From: Eledone cirrhosa
Taxonomy: Eukaryota
Length of the DNA stretch: 64,000 nt
Direction: 5' to 3'
Assembly: GCA_964016885.1 (NCBI GenBank)
Contig: OZ024754.1
Coordinates: 29,884,001-29,948,000 of the forward strand
The notes under the pieces are model-generated. The model saw only the letters and a program-made list of their open reading frames with translations, had not been told where the DNA came from and made no database searches. The translations under genes and the position numbers were made by a program. Below are positions 1 through 14,269 of the stretch, in pieces; the stretch's first letter is position 1, and each line of letters starts with the position of its first letter.

Positions 1-559
1 GCTTTCGCAAAAACGCTCAATGCAGCTACGTGTAGAGACACAGGCAGTCTCTGGACTCTCACTCGTTCGATCCAGTGGAACATCCAGGATGGGACATATG
101 ATAAAATAGAGGGTTGCACCAGCACTGAGCTGGTAGTTCCTTTATCGACTTTGTAAGGATGAAGGCCAGAGTGAACCTTAGCGATATTTGAACTCATTCC
201 CTAGAGACCCGGAACAGATACCCAACACTCTGACTATCAACGAAATCTATCATCTTAATTCACAACAACAAGTACAAGAAGACTGTTGGAAGATATAAAT
301 ATGTAGTTAGGATTTCCCACTAAATTCTAGAGAATACAAAAACTTTGAATGTTCTAATATCTATGCTCTGTAATAAATAATCAATACTACATGGCAATGT
401 AGTGGGTAAAGTGTTCGTTCGAGCTTGTGGGGTTCTGATTCAGTGTCCACCGCGTAGCGGCACAATTCGGCAAGTGTTTTGTACTAGCCTCGAATTGACT
501 TGTGAACCCTTGTGAATGGAATTCGGTAGAGGAAAATGTGAGATAGACGGTCTCACACA

Positions 560-646
<87 letters not shown>

Positions 647-894
647 TGGAGGCACGTGGCATAGTGGTAAGGTTATTGGATTTAGGATCATAATGTCGTG
701 GGTTGCCTGTTGTGTTCTTGAGCAAAACACTTCATTTCACGCTGCTCCAGTATACTCAGCTGAAAATGAGTACCAGCAATATCTCGTATTGTCTTGTACT
801 CTCAGTCGCGTCACGCTATGAAACCGGAATAAGCACCGGCCAAATGAGCCTTTTGGCTTAAGACAGACTTTAGACTTTTTTATATATACATACC

Positions 895-961
<67 letters not shown>

Positions 962-991
962 AGATCAAAAGATGGTTAAAAGAGTTCCAAG

Positions 992-1062
992 TATTTCATT
1001 ATGCGCATTTCAAAAACAAATATCATCATGGGATGATATCTGCGTTCTCATCAGATAAAATA
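992..1062 (-). ncRNA. Hammerhead ribozyme, mirror copy in the left arm of family A copy 1
   Basis: Reverse complement retains CTGATGA, stem II and GAAATGCGCATA; one substitution in stem I. Confidence 0.7.
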
Positions 1063-1172
1063 GGGAGACATGATATGAAGCTTAAAAAAGACTTGTGACC
1101 AGTGAAGTTTTAAATCAACATAAAAAACTTCACTGGTCACAAGTGTTTTTTAAGCTTCATATCATGTCTCCC

Positions 1173-1243
1173 TATTTTATCTGATGAGAACGCAGATATC
1201 ATCACATGATGATATTTGTTTTTGAAATGCGCATAATAAAATA
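1173..1243 (+). ncRNA. Type I hammerhead ribozyme (family A)
   Basis: Stem I TATTTTAT(1173-80)/ATAAAATA(1236-43); CTGATGA 1181-87; 16-bp stem II with one mismatch 1188-1223; GAAA 1224-27; palindromic stem III ATGCGCAT; AUA cleavage triplet 1233-35. Confidence 0.8.
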
Positions 1244-2394
1244 CTTGGAACTCTTTTAACCATCTTTTGATCTTATATTATTTATACTCCAGTCCTACAA
1301 ACTGTAGAGTGCTACTTATCCGATATTTGCATTGCTTTATTGTGCTACATTAAAACTCACCTCCTACATATATACATATATATATATACATATATATATA
1401 TATGCGCGTGTGGGTGTGTGGTTTTCCGTGTCCCGGAACATAGTGCTTCGCTAAAATAAGTACCAGGTTTTACTAAGTAAGTACTTACGTTGATATGGTT
1501 TTCTAGAATCGTTTCAGAGTTGTGCTCCAGCATGTCAGACTGAAACCAATAATAGTATAAAAGAATACTGACAAAATGTCAACGAAAACAAGAAGCTGGC
1601 TGGACGCGTGGATATTACAAACAACTATTTAATAAGCCTTGGAAGAATGGACAGAAATTTCCAAATAGAAAATAGAAGCTATCAATAACGAGCAAAAGAG
1701 CACACGAAAAGGCTGCACGCTATGTATACAGACGAAAAGACTACTGTCTATTTATGTTATTCATGTCATGGTAAATCTGATATTGATAATACCACCTCAA
1801 AACTGGCGAGCTAAGGTAGAAATTGTTCAATGGCTTAAAGGTCAACAATTTAGTCTTTCTAAGACCAAGATTAATATGGTAAAAATGAACTATTGTTATG
1901 TGGACGGAATAAGTGGCCACTTGTACGTGTACTAGAACTGTATTTCATTCAAGTGTGTAAGTTAAAAAGATTTCAGAGATGTGTCACAATGGAAGATAAG
2001 ATTGAAACGAAAACAGAATTTCCACAAGATAAACAAGTCTTACAAAGATAATCATCAACTACAAAGCGGACATAACAGTACAGAGACAGAGAAGAAATAC
2101 TTTAAGTGCGTCAACTTTAAGACTGTCAACTAGATTGGGCCTCCGTCGGTTCCAACGACGTGTGTTTCAGTTGTTCTCACAACAAAACAACCTGCCCGTC
2201 ATTAATATTATTGTGGTTGAGACGAGTGCAGCATTAATGTAGTTCTCAGGAAGATTCAGCATGACACCGTGTATGACATGACTGACTCTTTGAAATACGG
2301 GTATACCTTATGTTCTGCCTGTTGACTGGACTTGAGCGACGTGACATAAGATGTCTTTCTCAAGGACATAACATGCCACTCGAACTCACAACGT

Positions 2395-2535
2395 TCGGTT
2401 CTAGCTGTCGAAATGGCCGGAGCTGAGTCGTCGGGATCCTGACTCTTTTCCTATTACCCACTCTACTACCCTAAGTATTGAGTACTCTGGTGCATTATGA
2501 TCCACCTCGTATCTTACCACACCTTCTTTGTTATA
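2395..2535 (+). mobile_element. Short family B repeat carrying the 3' half of a hammerhead
   Basis: Related sequence in reverse orientation at 45011-45145, 49535-49640 and 59600-59760. All copies abut TA tracts. Confidence 0.6.
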
Positions 2536-2550
2536 TGTATATATATATAT

Positions 2551-2984
2551 ATGTAGGAGGTGAGTTTTATTGTAGCACAATAAAGCAATGCAAATATCGG
2601 ATAAGTAGCACTCTACAGTTTGTAGGACTGGAGTATAAATAATATATAAGATCAAAAGATGGTTAAAAGAGTTCCAAGTATTTTATTATGCGCATTTCAA
2701 AAACAAATATCATCATGGGATGATATCTGCGTTTTCATCAGATAAAATAGGGATACATGATATGAAGCTTAAAAAACACTTGTGAATAGTAAAGTTTTAA
2801 ATCAACATGATATGTTGATATAAAACTTCACTATTCACTATTCACAAGTGTTTTTTAAGCTTCATATCATGTATCCCTATTTTATCTGATGAAAACGCCG
2901 ATATAATCCCATGATAATATTTGTTTTGAAATTCGCATAATAAAATACTTGGAACTCTTTTAACCATCTTTTGATCTTATATTA
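2551..2984 (-). mobile_element. Fold-back family A copy 2 (opposite orientation)
   Basis: Tail at 2551-2640, then a palindrome ~2645-2984. Intact hammerhead on the - strand at 2679-2749 and a mutated mirror at 2878-2947 (+). TA flanks. Confidence 0.85.
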
Positions 2985-3047
2985 TATATATATATATTAT
3001 ATTATATTATATTTATATATTATATATTATATTATATATATATATAT

Positions 3048-3226
3048 AATTGTTTCTACTTTAGGCACAAGGCCAGCAATTACCCAGTGCATTACTGGTA
3101 CTTTATTTTATCGACCCGGTAAGGATGAAAGGCAAAGTCAACCTCGACGGGATTTGAACTCAGATCGTAAAGGGACCTACCCATGCTGGAAAGCATGGCG
3201 TCCGACCCTCTCCCGATACTGCCAAT
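3048..3226 (-). mobile_element. tRNA-derived SINE (major family in this window)
   Basis: Minus strand has A-box-like TGGCAGTATCGG and B-box GAGTTCAAATCC, body ...GTCGATAAAATAAAGTACCAGT..., and 3' end GTAGAAACAATT. About 12 copies in the window. Confidence 0.85.
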
Positions 3227-3332
3227 ATAATAATATATATATATATATATAAAATAAAGTACCAGTAATGCACTGGGATTGTGCCTAAAGTAGAAACAAT
3301 TATATATATTTGTTTCTACTTTAGGCACAATC

Positions 3333-3388
<56 letters not shown>

Positions 3389-3413
3389 ATAAGTATGCAC
3401 ACGTACACACACA

Positions 3414-7368
<3,955 letters not shown>

Positions 7369-7388
<20 letters not shown>

Positions 7389-8725
7389 ATGTACGTGTGT
7401 ATATATATATATATATATTTGTTTTGCAAGGTTTTTGATATGAAATCGGTTGTCGAAACAAATATTGTTATACTTGGGGAGGGTCATATTGTTGTAATAA
7501 TATTGCCAGAAATAATAACAGAACACACTCACTGTTTGGTTGGTTTTCGCTTCTGTATCTTTTATATCTCCAAAGTTCTTTCGTTGCACATCTGCAACAT
7601 CATCAGTGGTACTATTATTATGTTCCCTCCTATTGTATTGTATTGTATTGTATTGTAATGTCTACGCCATTTTTATTTTATTTATTTATTTCTTCTTGTC
7701 TCCGTCTCTGCGCATGCGTTTGTGTATGTGTATAATGTTTGGTGTGCGTGTTTGCGTTTGAGTGTATGTGTTTTGGTTTTGGGATTCTATCTCTGTTTAC
7801 TAGTGTGTTTATATGTGTTTGTTGTTCTTGTACTTGTGTATATATTTATTTATTTATTTGAACATATATATATATATAAATAATTTTACTTTTGATATTC
7901 GGCAATGCCAGCCGTAACTCGCTCGGTATGCAAATGAGGCTACTCAGCCGATGTGTACTTCAGAAAATATTATATATTTTCAACCGTTCAACAGACTGGT
8001 AATGACCCTAAAACATGTTGATTGTTTATCAAAGCCAGTGTTGAACAAACAGGTCTCGTACGTTTCGACGCAACAAAGGCATTACGTCTATTCACAGTGC
8101 GTCAATAACAGGGACGTTATTGGGGGAAAGAAAAGACAAGGAGAAGATGACGAAGAGAAAGAAACAGAAGAAAAAAAAAGAGAAGGAAAAAACACAGAAA
8201 ACATACCGATAGAGAGGGGGAAACACGTGGAGTAGCACATGTATGTATCAGTAACGAAAAGGAGAGAGTGGAAGAAGCTAAACCAGCGGACGGTTGTAAG
8301 CCATGGGACCTTATTAACAGCAAGATGGAGAGTAAAGAGAAATACGTCTGTTCGTGGCGAGGATAGGCATAAAGTTTGCCAATCCTCGCCACGTGCAACG
8401 AAAGAACTTTGGAGATATAAAGGATACAGAAGCGAAAACCAACCAAACAGTGAGTGTGTTCTGTTATTATTTCTGGCAATATTATTACAACAATATGACC
8501 CTCCCCAAGTATAACAATATTTGTTTCGACACCCGATTTCATATAATATACTCCCACTGTTTTCTGTGATGTTGTATACATTTCGTAGAAACACTTAGAT
8601 CAGTGTTTCTCAACCTTTTGACCCCCGGGCCCACTTTTAGCTCTCGAAAACAAATATATATATATATATATGCAAAACAAATATATATATATATATATAT
8701 GCACACGTACACACACACACACACA
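7369..8725. mobile_element. Family D inverted-repeat element
   Basis: 7438-7589 is inverted at 8393-8544, and 7369-7428 is inverted at about 8671-8725. A related copy lies at about 46160-46570. Confidence 0.65.
7570..7609 (-). ncRNA. Minimal hammerhead-like motif (family D)
   Basis: Minus strand reads CCA-CTGATGA-TGTTGCA GATG TGCAAC-GAAAGAACTT-TGG. The sister copy at 46311-46350 (+) has CTGACGA and an identical stem II. Stem I is only 3 bp. Confidence 0.5.
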
Positions 8726-9136
8726 TAAAGAGTGAGAGACGAAGGAAAACGGAAGTAGTAAGGGAACAGAGAGAAAGAGGATAAGTGAGCAGGAGAGAGA
8801 GAGGGAGATACGTGAGTGGGAGAGAGAGAAAGAAAGAAAGAAAGAAAGAAAGAGGGAGAAAAGGAGGAAGGAAAAGAGTTAATAATAACAACAGGCAAGA
8901 TAGAGAGAATAGAACGAAGGTCACAGCAATAAATTAATAAAAAGTTAGAAAGGAGTCGATGCTGTGTGGTTACTAAAAATGAGTGTTTAAAAATATAATG
9001 AATACATAAACAAAGGACAGATACTCTCTTCAGTTGTCTGAACTACAATACTGCAAAATAATACAACATATATCCATTATAATATACTCCCACTGTTTTC
9101 TGTGATGTTGTATACATTTCGTAGAAACACTTAGAT

Positions 9137-9451
9137 CAGTGTTTCTCAACCTTTTGACCCCCGGGCCCACTTTTAGCTCTCGAAAAATGTCCAGGCCCAC
9201 TTATTTTACAAGCGTAAACTATTGCTCAAAAACTATTCCGGACTATAACCCCCACATGATATATATACTAGTGCTTCTCAATCTTTTTGTTCACAGAACA
9301 TTTAGACTTAAAAAAAGTTTGTCATTTTGTGTGATCTTAAGTTCTAAGAAAGTCTGAAAAAATTTCCAGGCCCACTGAAATTTCTCCGGGCCCACTCAAA
9401 ATTGTCCCGGGCCCACTGAGTGGGTCCTTCGCCCACCGTTGAGAACCACTG
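9137..9451. mobile_element. Non-autonomous hAT (Charlie-like) MITE
   Basis: TIRs CAGTGTTTCTCAAC / GTTGAGAACCACTG; exact 8-bp TSD ACTTAGAT at 9129-36 and 9452-59; internal GGCCCACT repeats. Confidence 0.9.
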
Positions 9452-10016
9452 ACTTAGATGATACTAAACTGATACGTTGAATGTTAATTGTCTTGGCAAC
9501 GGACTCGGCTCATTTCAATGTATTCAGTTAAACTACTTAACTTCACTTATTTGAAATATCGAACACTTAAGCATATAATTAAAACATTTATGTCACAACA
9601 TGTAATTGATTACCAATGTGAAATATTAATGAGGTTGATGGAATTAAATACACATTGAAGCAAACCTATTTCTCTTATTCCTGACATGTTTATATTTCAA
9701 GTGATGGAGATAATATTATCTAGTTAGCACATTTAAATAAACGAGGTGATAGTTACCGACAAGATGTTTCTAACAGTCCTTGGTCTCTAACCTACTATAC
9801 ACAATATATATTTCTTTTATTTGTTTCAGACAGCTGCGGGTATCGTACACTCCACCACCTTGGTTTAGTCGATCATGTCACACCAGTAATTATTTTATCG
9901 ATCACTTTCTGTATAACCGCTATTTCTATCTAACAGAACATAAACAGAGACAGGCACAAACATCAATAGAGACGCAGGCACACACTTATAAATATACACG
10001 CAAACACACACATGTG

Positions 10017-10057
<41 letters not shown>

Positions 10058-10171
10058 ACTCATCAATCATGGCTATTGTACAGAGTTGATAAGCAGCGAG
10101 ACTGAACCCAGAACCATCTGGTTGCAAAGTGAACTCCTTAACCATTCACCCATGTCTGATATGTATGTGTA

Positions 10172-10232
<61 letters not shown>

Positions 10233-10275
10233 GTATATATATATGTATATATATATGTGTATATATATGTATATA

Positions 10276-10361
<86 letters not shown>

Positions 10362-10362
<1 letters not shown>

Positions 10363-11346
10363 GTGGGAAAGTAAAAAATCGGAGAATTATGTATAAAGCC
10401 GGCTATCCTGATAAAATCAAATATAGTAAAGAAACAAATTCTAGAAGAACTTACAGTAGAATAATTAATCATGATCATTCCAATAACTTTAATAAAAGAC
10501 CTAGATACAAAAACATAATCTGGTATAATGCTCCTTTCTCCATCTCTATTAATAACAATATTCCTAAATTATTCTTTAGTGCCGTAAATAAATGCTTCCC
10601 TCCCTCACATATCTATAGTAAAATATTTAACAAACACACCATAAAATTTTCTTATTCTACATCCTCCAATATTTCCAACATTATCTCTAAACACAACAAT
10701 AAAATACTAAATACTAAATCTCTTCCTTCCAACACTGAATTTCATAATAACAGTAATAGTACTCCCGACGTCATTGTAAACCCTAGGCTAATTTCTGTAA
10801 ACCCAAATACAACGTCAAACACAACTTCGCTAAATGTTCATAATCCAACTCTAAATCAAGAAACTATTATTCCTATCGCAAACAACTTCTCCAATCCAAT
10901 TCCTTCTATAGATAACACTAGGTCACTCATTAATAATCTCTCTAATTGCAACTGCCCTATTAAAAATAAATGTCCTCTCAACAACCATTGTCTTGATAAA
11001 AACTTAATTTATGAATGTAAAGTTATAACTAGCACCAATTCCTTCACCTATTTTGGCTCCACTTCCACCTCTTTTAAAGCTCGTCTCTATAATCATCATT
11101 TATCTTTTAAATACAAACTTAAAAGAACCAACACGGCTCTCTCAGAACTCATATGGTCCTTGAAAGACAAAAACATTAAATATACCATCTTTTGGAAGAA
11201 GGTTTCTGTCTAAAATCTGTAATCTCTGCCTAAATGAAAAATGTACCATTATCTCTAATCTAGATTCTATAATAAATAGACGTACAGATTTGTTTTCTAT
11301 CTGCTTGCATAAATTCCATAAAACATTTCACAAAGTATACAGCTAA
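10362..11346 (+). pseudogene. Penelope-like C-terminal region: thumb/linker plus GIY-YIG endonuclease
   Basis: [24 protein letters not shown] (CxCx5Cx5C), LIY...TYFGST...FKARLYNH. After a lesion near 11210 it continues CNLCLNEK...CLH to a stop at 11346. Confidence 0.85.
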
Positions 11347-12153
11347 TATTCAATTCTTTATCAATTTAGAATCTTTTCTCAAAGGCACATATACATACAC
11401 CTCTTTTAAAATATACCCATCTTCCTACCTTACTTCTATATACACTCTATAATACTTGTTTACTCATTACCCTCACTCTATCTTCACCTTGTAAAATCCT
11501 TCGTAACATATACATTTGTTTTGACGCCAGATTATTCATCCTTAATTTATTATTTTTTTCTCCCCATCATCTAACTCATTCTTAATACATATTAACTCTT
11601 TCTTCGCACATATTATCAATTCCTTCAATATACAAACCTTAACTTCACATTATTTTTCTCAAATCTTTCAATACACAAACCTTAATCATTTTTTCTCTTC
11701 GTTAATTTTCAAATTTCCATAATACTTGTAAACATACACACAATTTTTTTGACGTTAGAATATTCATCCGCAATTATTATTTTTTTCTCTCTATCATCAA
11801 ACTTTTTAATCTCAATACATATTAACTCCCTCTCCTTCTTCGTACATATTTTTCCCTTCGTTAATGTTCAAATTCTTTTAATTTATACATTATCTTCCAA
11901 CGGTTTTCAACCTCTCTATGTAAAACAATATATCTTTTCTCAGTTATAAAAACTATCTCTTTCTCTCTATCACCCATCTCTCCCTCTCCACCTTCACTCT
12001 CATCTCCTCCCCTTTTTTCATCCTTTCCACCCACCCCCTCTCTAAATAAAATATTTTTCCCAATATCACACATCAATCTAAAATTACTTTTCATATGTTG
12101 ATTTAAAACTGCACTATCCACAAGTGTTTTTTAGCCTTCATATAATGTCCTCC

Positions 12154-12224
12154 TGTTTTATCTGATGAAAACACAAATATTATTGCATGATGATGTTTGT
12201 TTTTGAAATGCGCATAATAAAATA
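12154..12224 (+). ncRNA. Hammerhead ribozyme in the 3' pLTR of the Penelope-like element
   Basis: TGTTTTAT-CTGATGA(12162-68)-stem II-GAAA(12205-08)-TGCGCATA-ATAAAATA. Confidence 0.8.
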
Positions 12225-12688
12225 CATGGAACTCCTTTAACCATCTTTTGATCTTATATATTATATATATATATATATATAATGCAAAAGTTCTATTTAA
12301 ATTGTTGGGATACAACAAGTAAATATATTTATAACTGATATAAAGCACTCGACAAGTATTTGGAGACCGCGGCCTTGCTGGTGTTTCATTTTCAAAGTAA
12401 TTTCCGGGACGTAAGTGAACAGCACCGGTTGGTAAGCGGTGTAGACGTATACACCGACCCGAATAAATATACACACACTTAACACCACTGAATCCACGGC
12501 CATACTGTAGCATTGACTGCAAAATAATTTGAGTCGTTCAATTCAACCCCAGTATCTTTTTCTTGTTCTTTTTCAAAGACCAATATTTGTTGCATCGACA
12601 TCTATTTGTCGAAATGCTAGGCTAGGAGACATGAACGAATTAACACCGGTTGATAAGCGGTGTGTTCACAAACAGTTGCACCCTTTTC

Positions 12689-12762
<74 letters not shown>

Positions 12763-12901
12763 TATATATATATATAATTGTCCTTAACACTAAGACTTAC
12801 TAAAATAATATAAACAAACCACTATCCTGATGTCCTCCAAAAGTAATGGTCGCATTTTGAAATGGTACGTCAATGGTTATTTGTAAAACTGATATATATT
12901 G

Positions 12902-12966
12902 TATTTTGTCTGATGAAGGTATACCATAGTTTGACTTGGTATCCTTGAAATATGTATAATGAAATA
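12902..12966 (+). ncRNA. Hammerhead ribozyme, separate family, in a ~230-bp insert between TA tracts
   Basis: Stem I TATTTTGT/ATGAAATA; CTGATGA 12910-16; stem II AGGTATACCA...TGGTATCCTT; GAAA 12947-50; ATATGTAT then A. Confidence 0.7.
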
Positions 12967-13027
12967 AATATGGTTTTATAAATATAGTTTCCATTTATTA
13001 ATATCGTATATATATATATATATATAC

Positions 13028-13067
<40 letters not shown>

Positions 13068-13514
13068 AGAGAGAGAGGGGTGAAAATGCTTTGAGTATAC
13101 ACATCTGATGTATAGATCGATATTGGAGTCAAGTCTATCATATCGATAAAATGTTCGAACCAATCTTCTGCGACACATATGCAATAATAACATTTTAAAG
13201 TGAAACTTCATTATCCCATACATTCTATGTTAAATTTTGAAACCTTAGGTAACACGTGTTTGTGTTGAGATCTTATTCATATAATATATATGGCTCTGTA
13301 CATTACATATTGCATGTTTTGTTTCTTTGATCTATTCTTCGAAAGCTCCTGGCACTATATATATAGTGAAACCTGCTGAAACATTTGTAATGGAAAATTT
13401 CCGAATAAATTGATGTAAAAACTCATTTTCCACTATATATATATATATACAGAGAGAGAGAGAGAGATGAGGAGGGAGCGCAAGTGAGCGAGAGAGGCAG
13501 GGGGAGATAGATAT

Positions 13515-13920
13515 ATTTCTTTATTTGCCGCGAGGGCGTACACAAATGGAACATTACAAGACGTGATGGCGGAGGTTTTACATTAAATCTTTAACAATAA
13601 TGGATGACAATAAACTATATATAAAATTGAAATAAAACAATTAAAATCCCCTATAGGGGGGCACGTTACTCTCGGGTTGTTTTAAACCCAGTGGATAGAA
13701 CAACCCTCAACAGTAGGAGCACGTTTTGTAGGTGTTCCCGTCTTCCCCCTGTTTGTCTTCCTCAACCTACAGTTTTATATACAGAGAAGGCCCATTCACT
13801 CGGGCCATTTCCACCAGATTCACCCACCTTTCAGCGAGTTTACTGGGGTGTAGCACCTCTCTCTCCACTCTCACCTTCCTTCTGAAGTGGTACTTAAAGA
13901 AGGGGATGGGTTGTTGTTCG
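13515..13920 (-). mobile_element. Tx1/L1-clade 3' fragment
   Basis: Encodes FFKYHFRRKVRVERE...RVNGPSLY, homologous to the ORF2 C-terminus of the neighbouring copies. Has a 3' UTR with AATAAA and is bounded by GATA repeats. Confidence 0.85.
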
Positions 13921-14041
<121 letters not shown>

Positions 14042-14269
14042 TTATTTGCCACAAGGGCGCACAAGAAATGGGACAATGCAAAGATATATGGCGGGGATTT
14101 TATATACAATCGTGTAGAAACAATTTTAACAAAAATTTCACAATCGAAATCCCCAATAGCGGGGAGACGTTACAAATGGATTGTTTTATACCCTGTAGAT
14201 AGAACAACCCTCAACTCCAGGAGCGTGTTTTGCAAGTGCTCCTTTCTTCTTTTCGCTCTCTTTCTCAAC

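Larger units (their letters stand above)
955..1367 (+). mobile_element. Fold-back mini-element family A (Penelope-like pLTR derivative), copy 1
   Basis: Inverted arms ~955-1111 and ~1124-1280, then a unique ~87-bp tail ending ...ctcacctcctac. Flanked by (TA)n. Same sequence recurs at 2551-2984, 12092-12258 and 51621-52042. Confidence 0.85.
10361..12258 (+). mobile_element. 5'-truncated Penelope-like retroelement (Naiad-type) ending in a family A pLTR
   Basis: Begins directly after a long (TA)n tract. Coding remnant, pyrimidine-rich 3' UTR, hammerhead-bearing terminus 12092-12258, then (TA)n. Confidence 0.85.

Noticed and set aside
1-860. Additional older SINE-like fragments (about 1-230, 390-545, 650-860; also 2130-2390 and 26030-26230)
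   Set aside because: They look repetitive with partial box motifs, but boundaries and family cannot be fixed by eye.
9780-10360. N-terminal part of the 477-aa ORF
   Set aside because: Chance read-through of SINE-like and TA sequence into the Penelope remnant; only 10362 onward resembles protein.
13330-13396. Hammerhead-like GAAACATTTGTA with an upstream hairpin
   Set aside because: The core reads CTTCGAA rather than CTGANGA; too degenerate to call.
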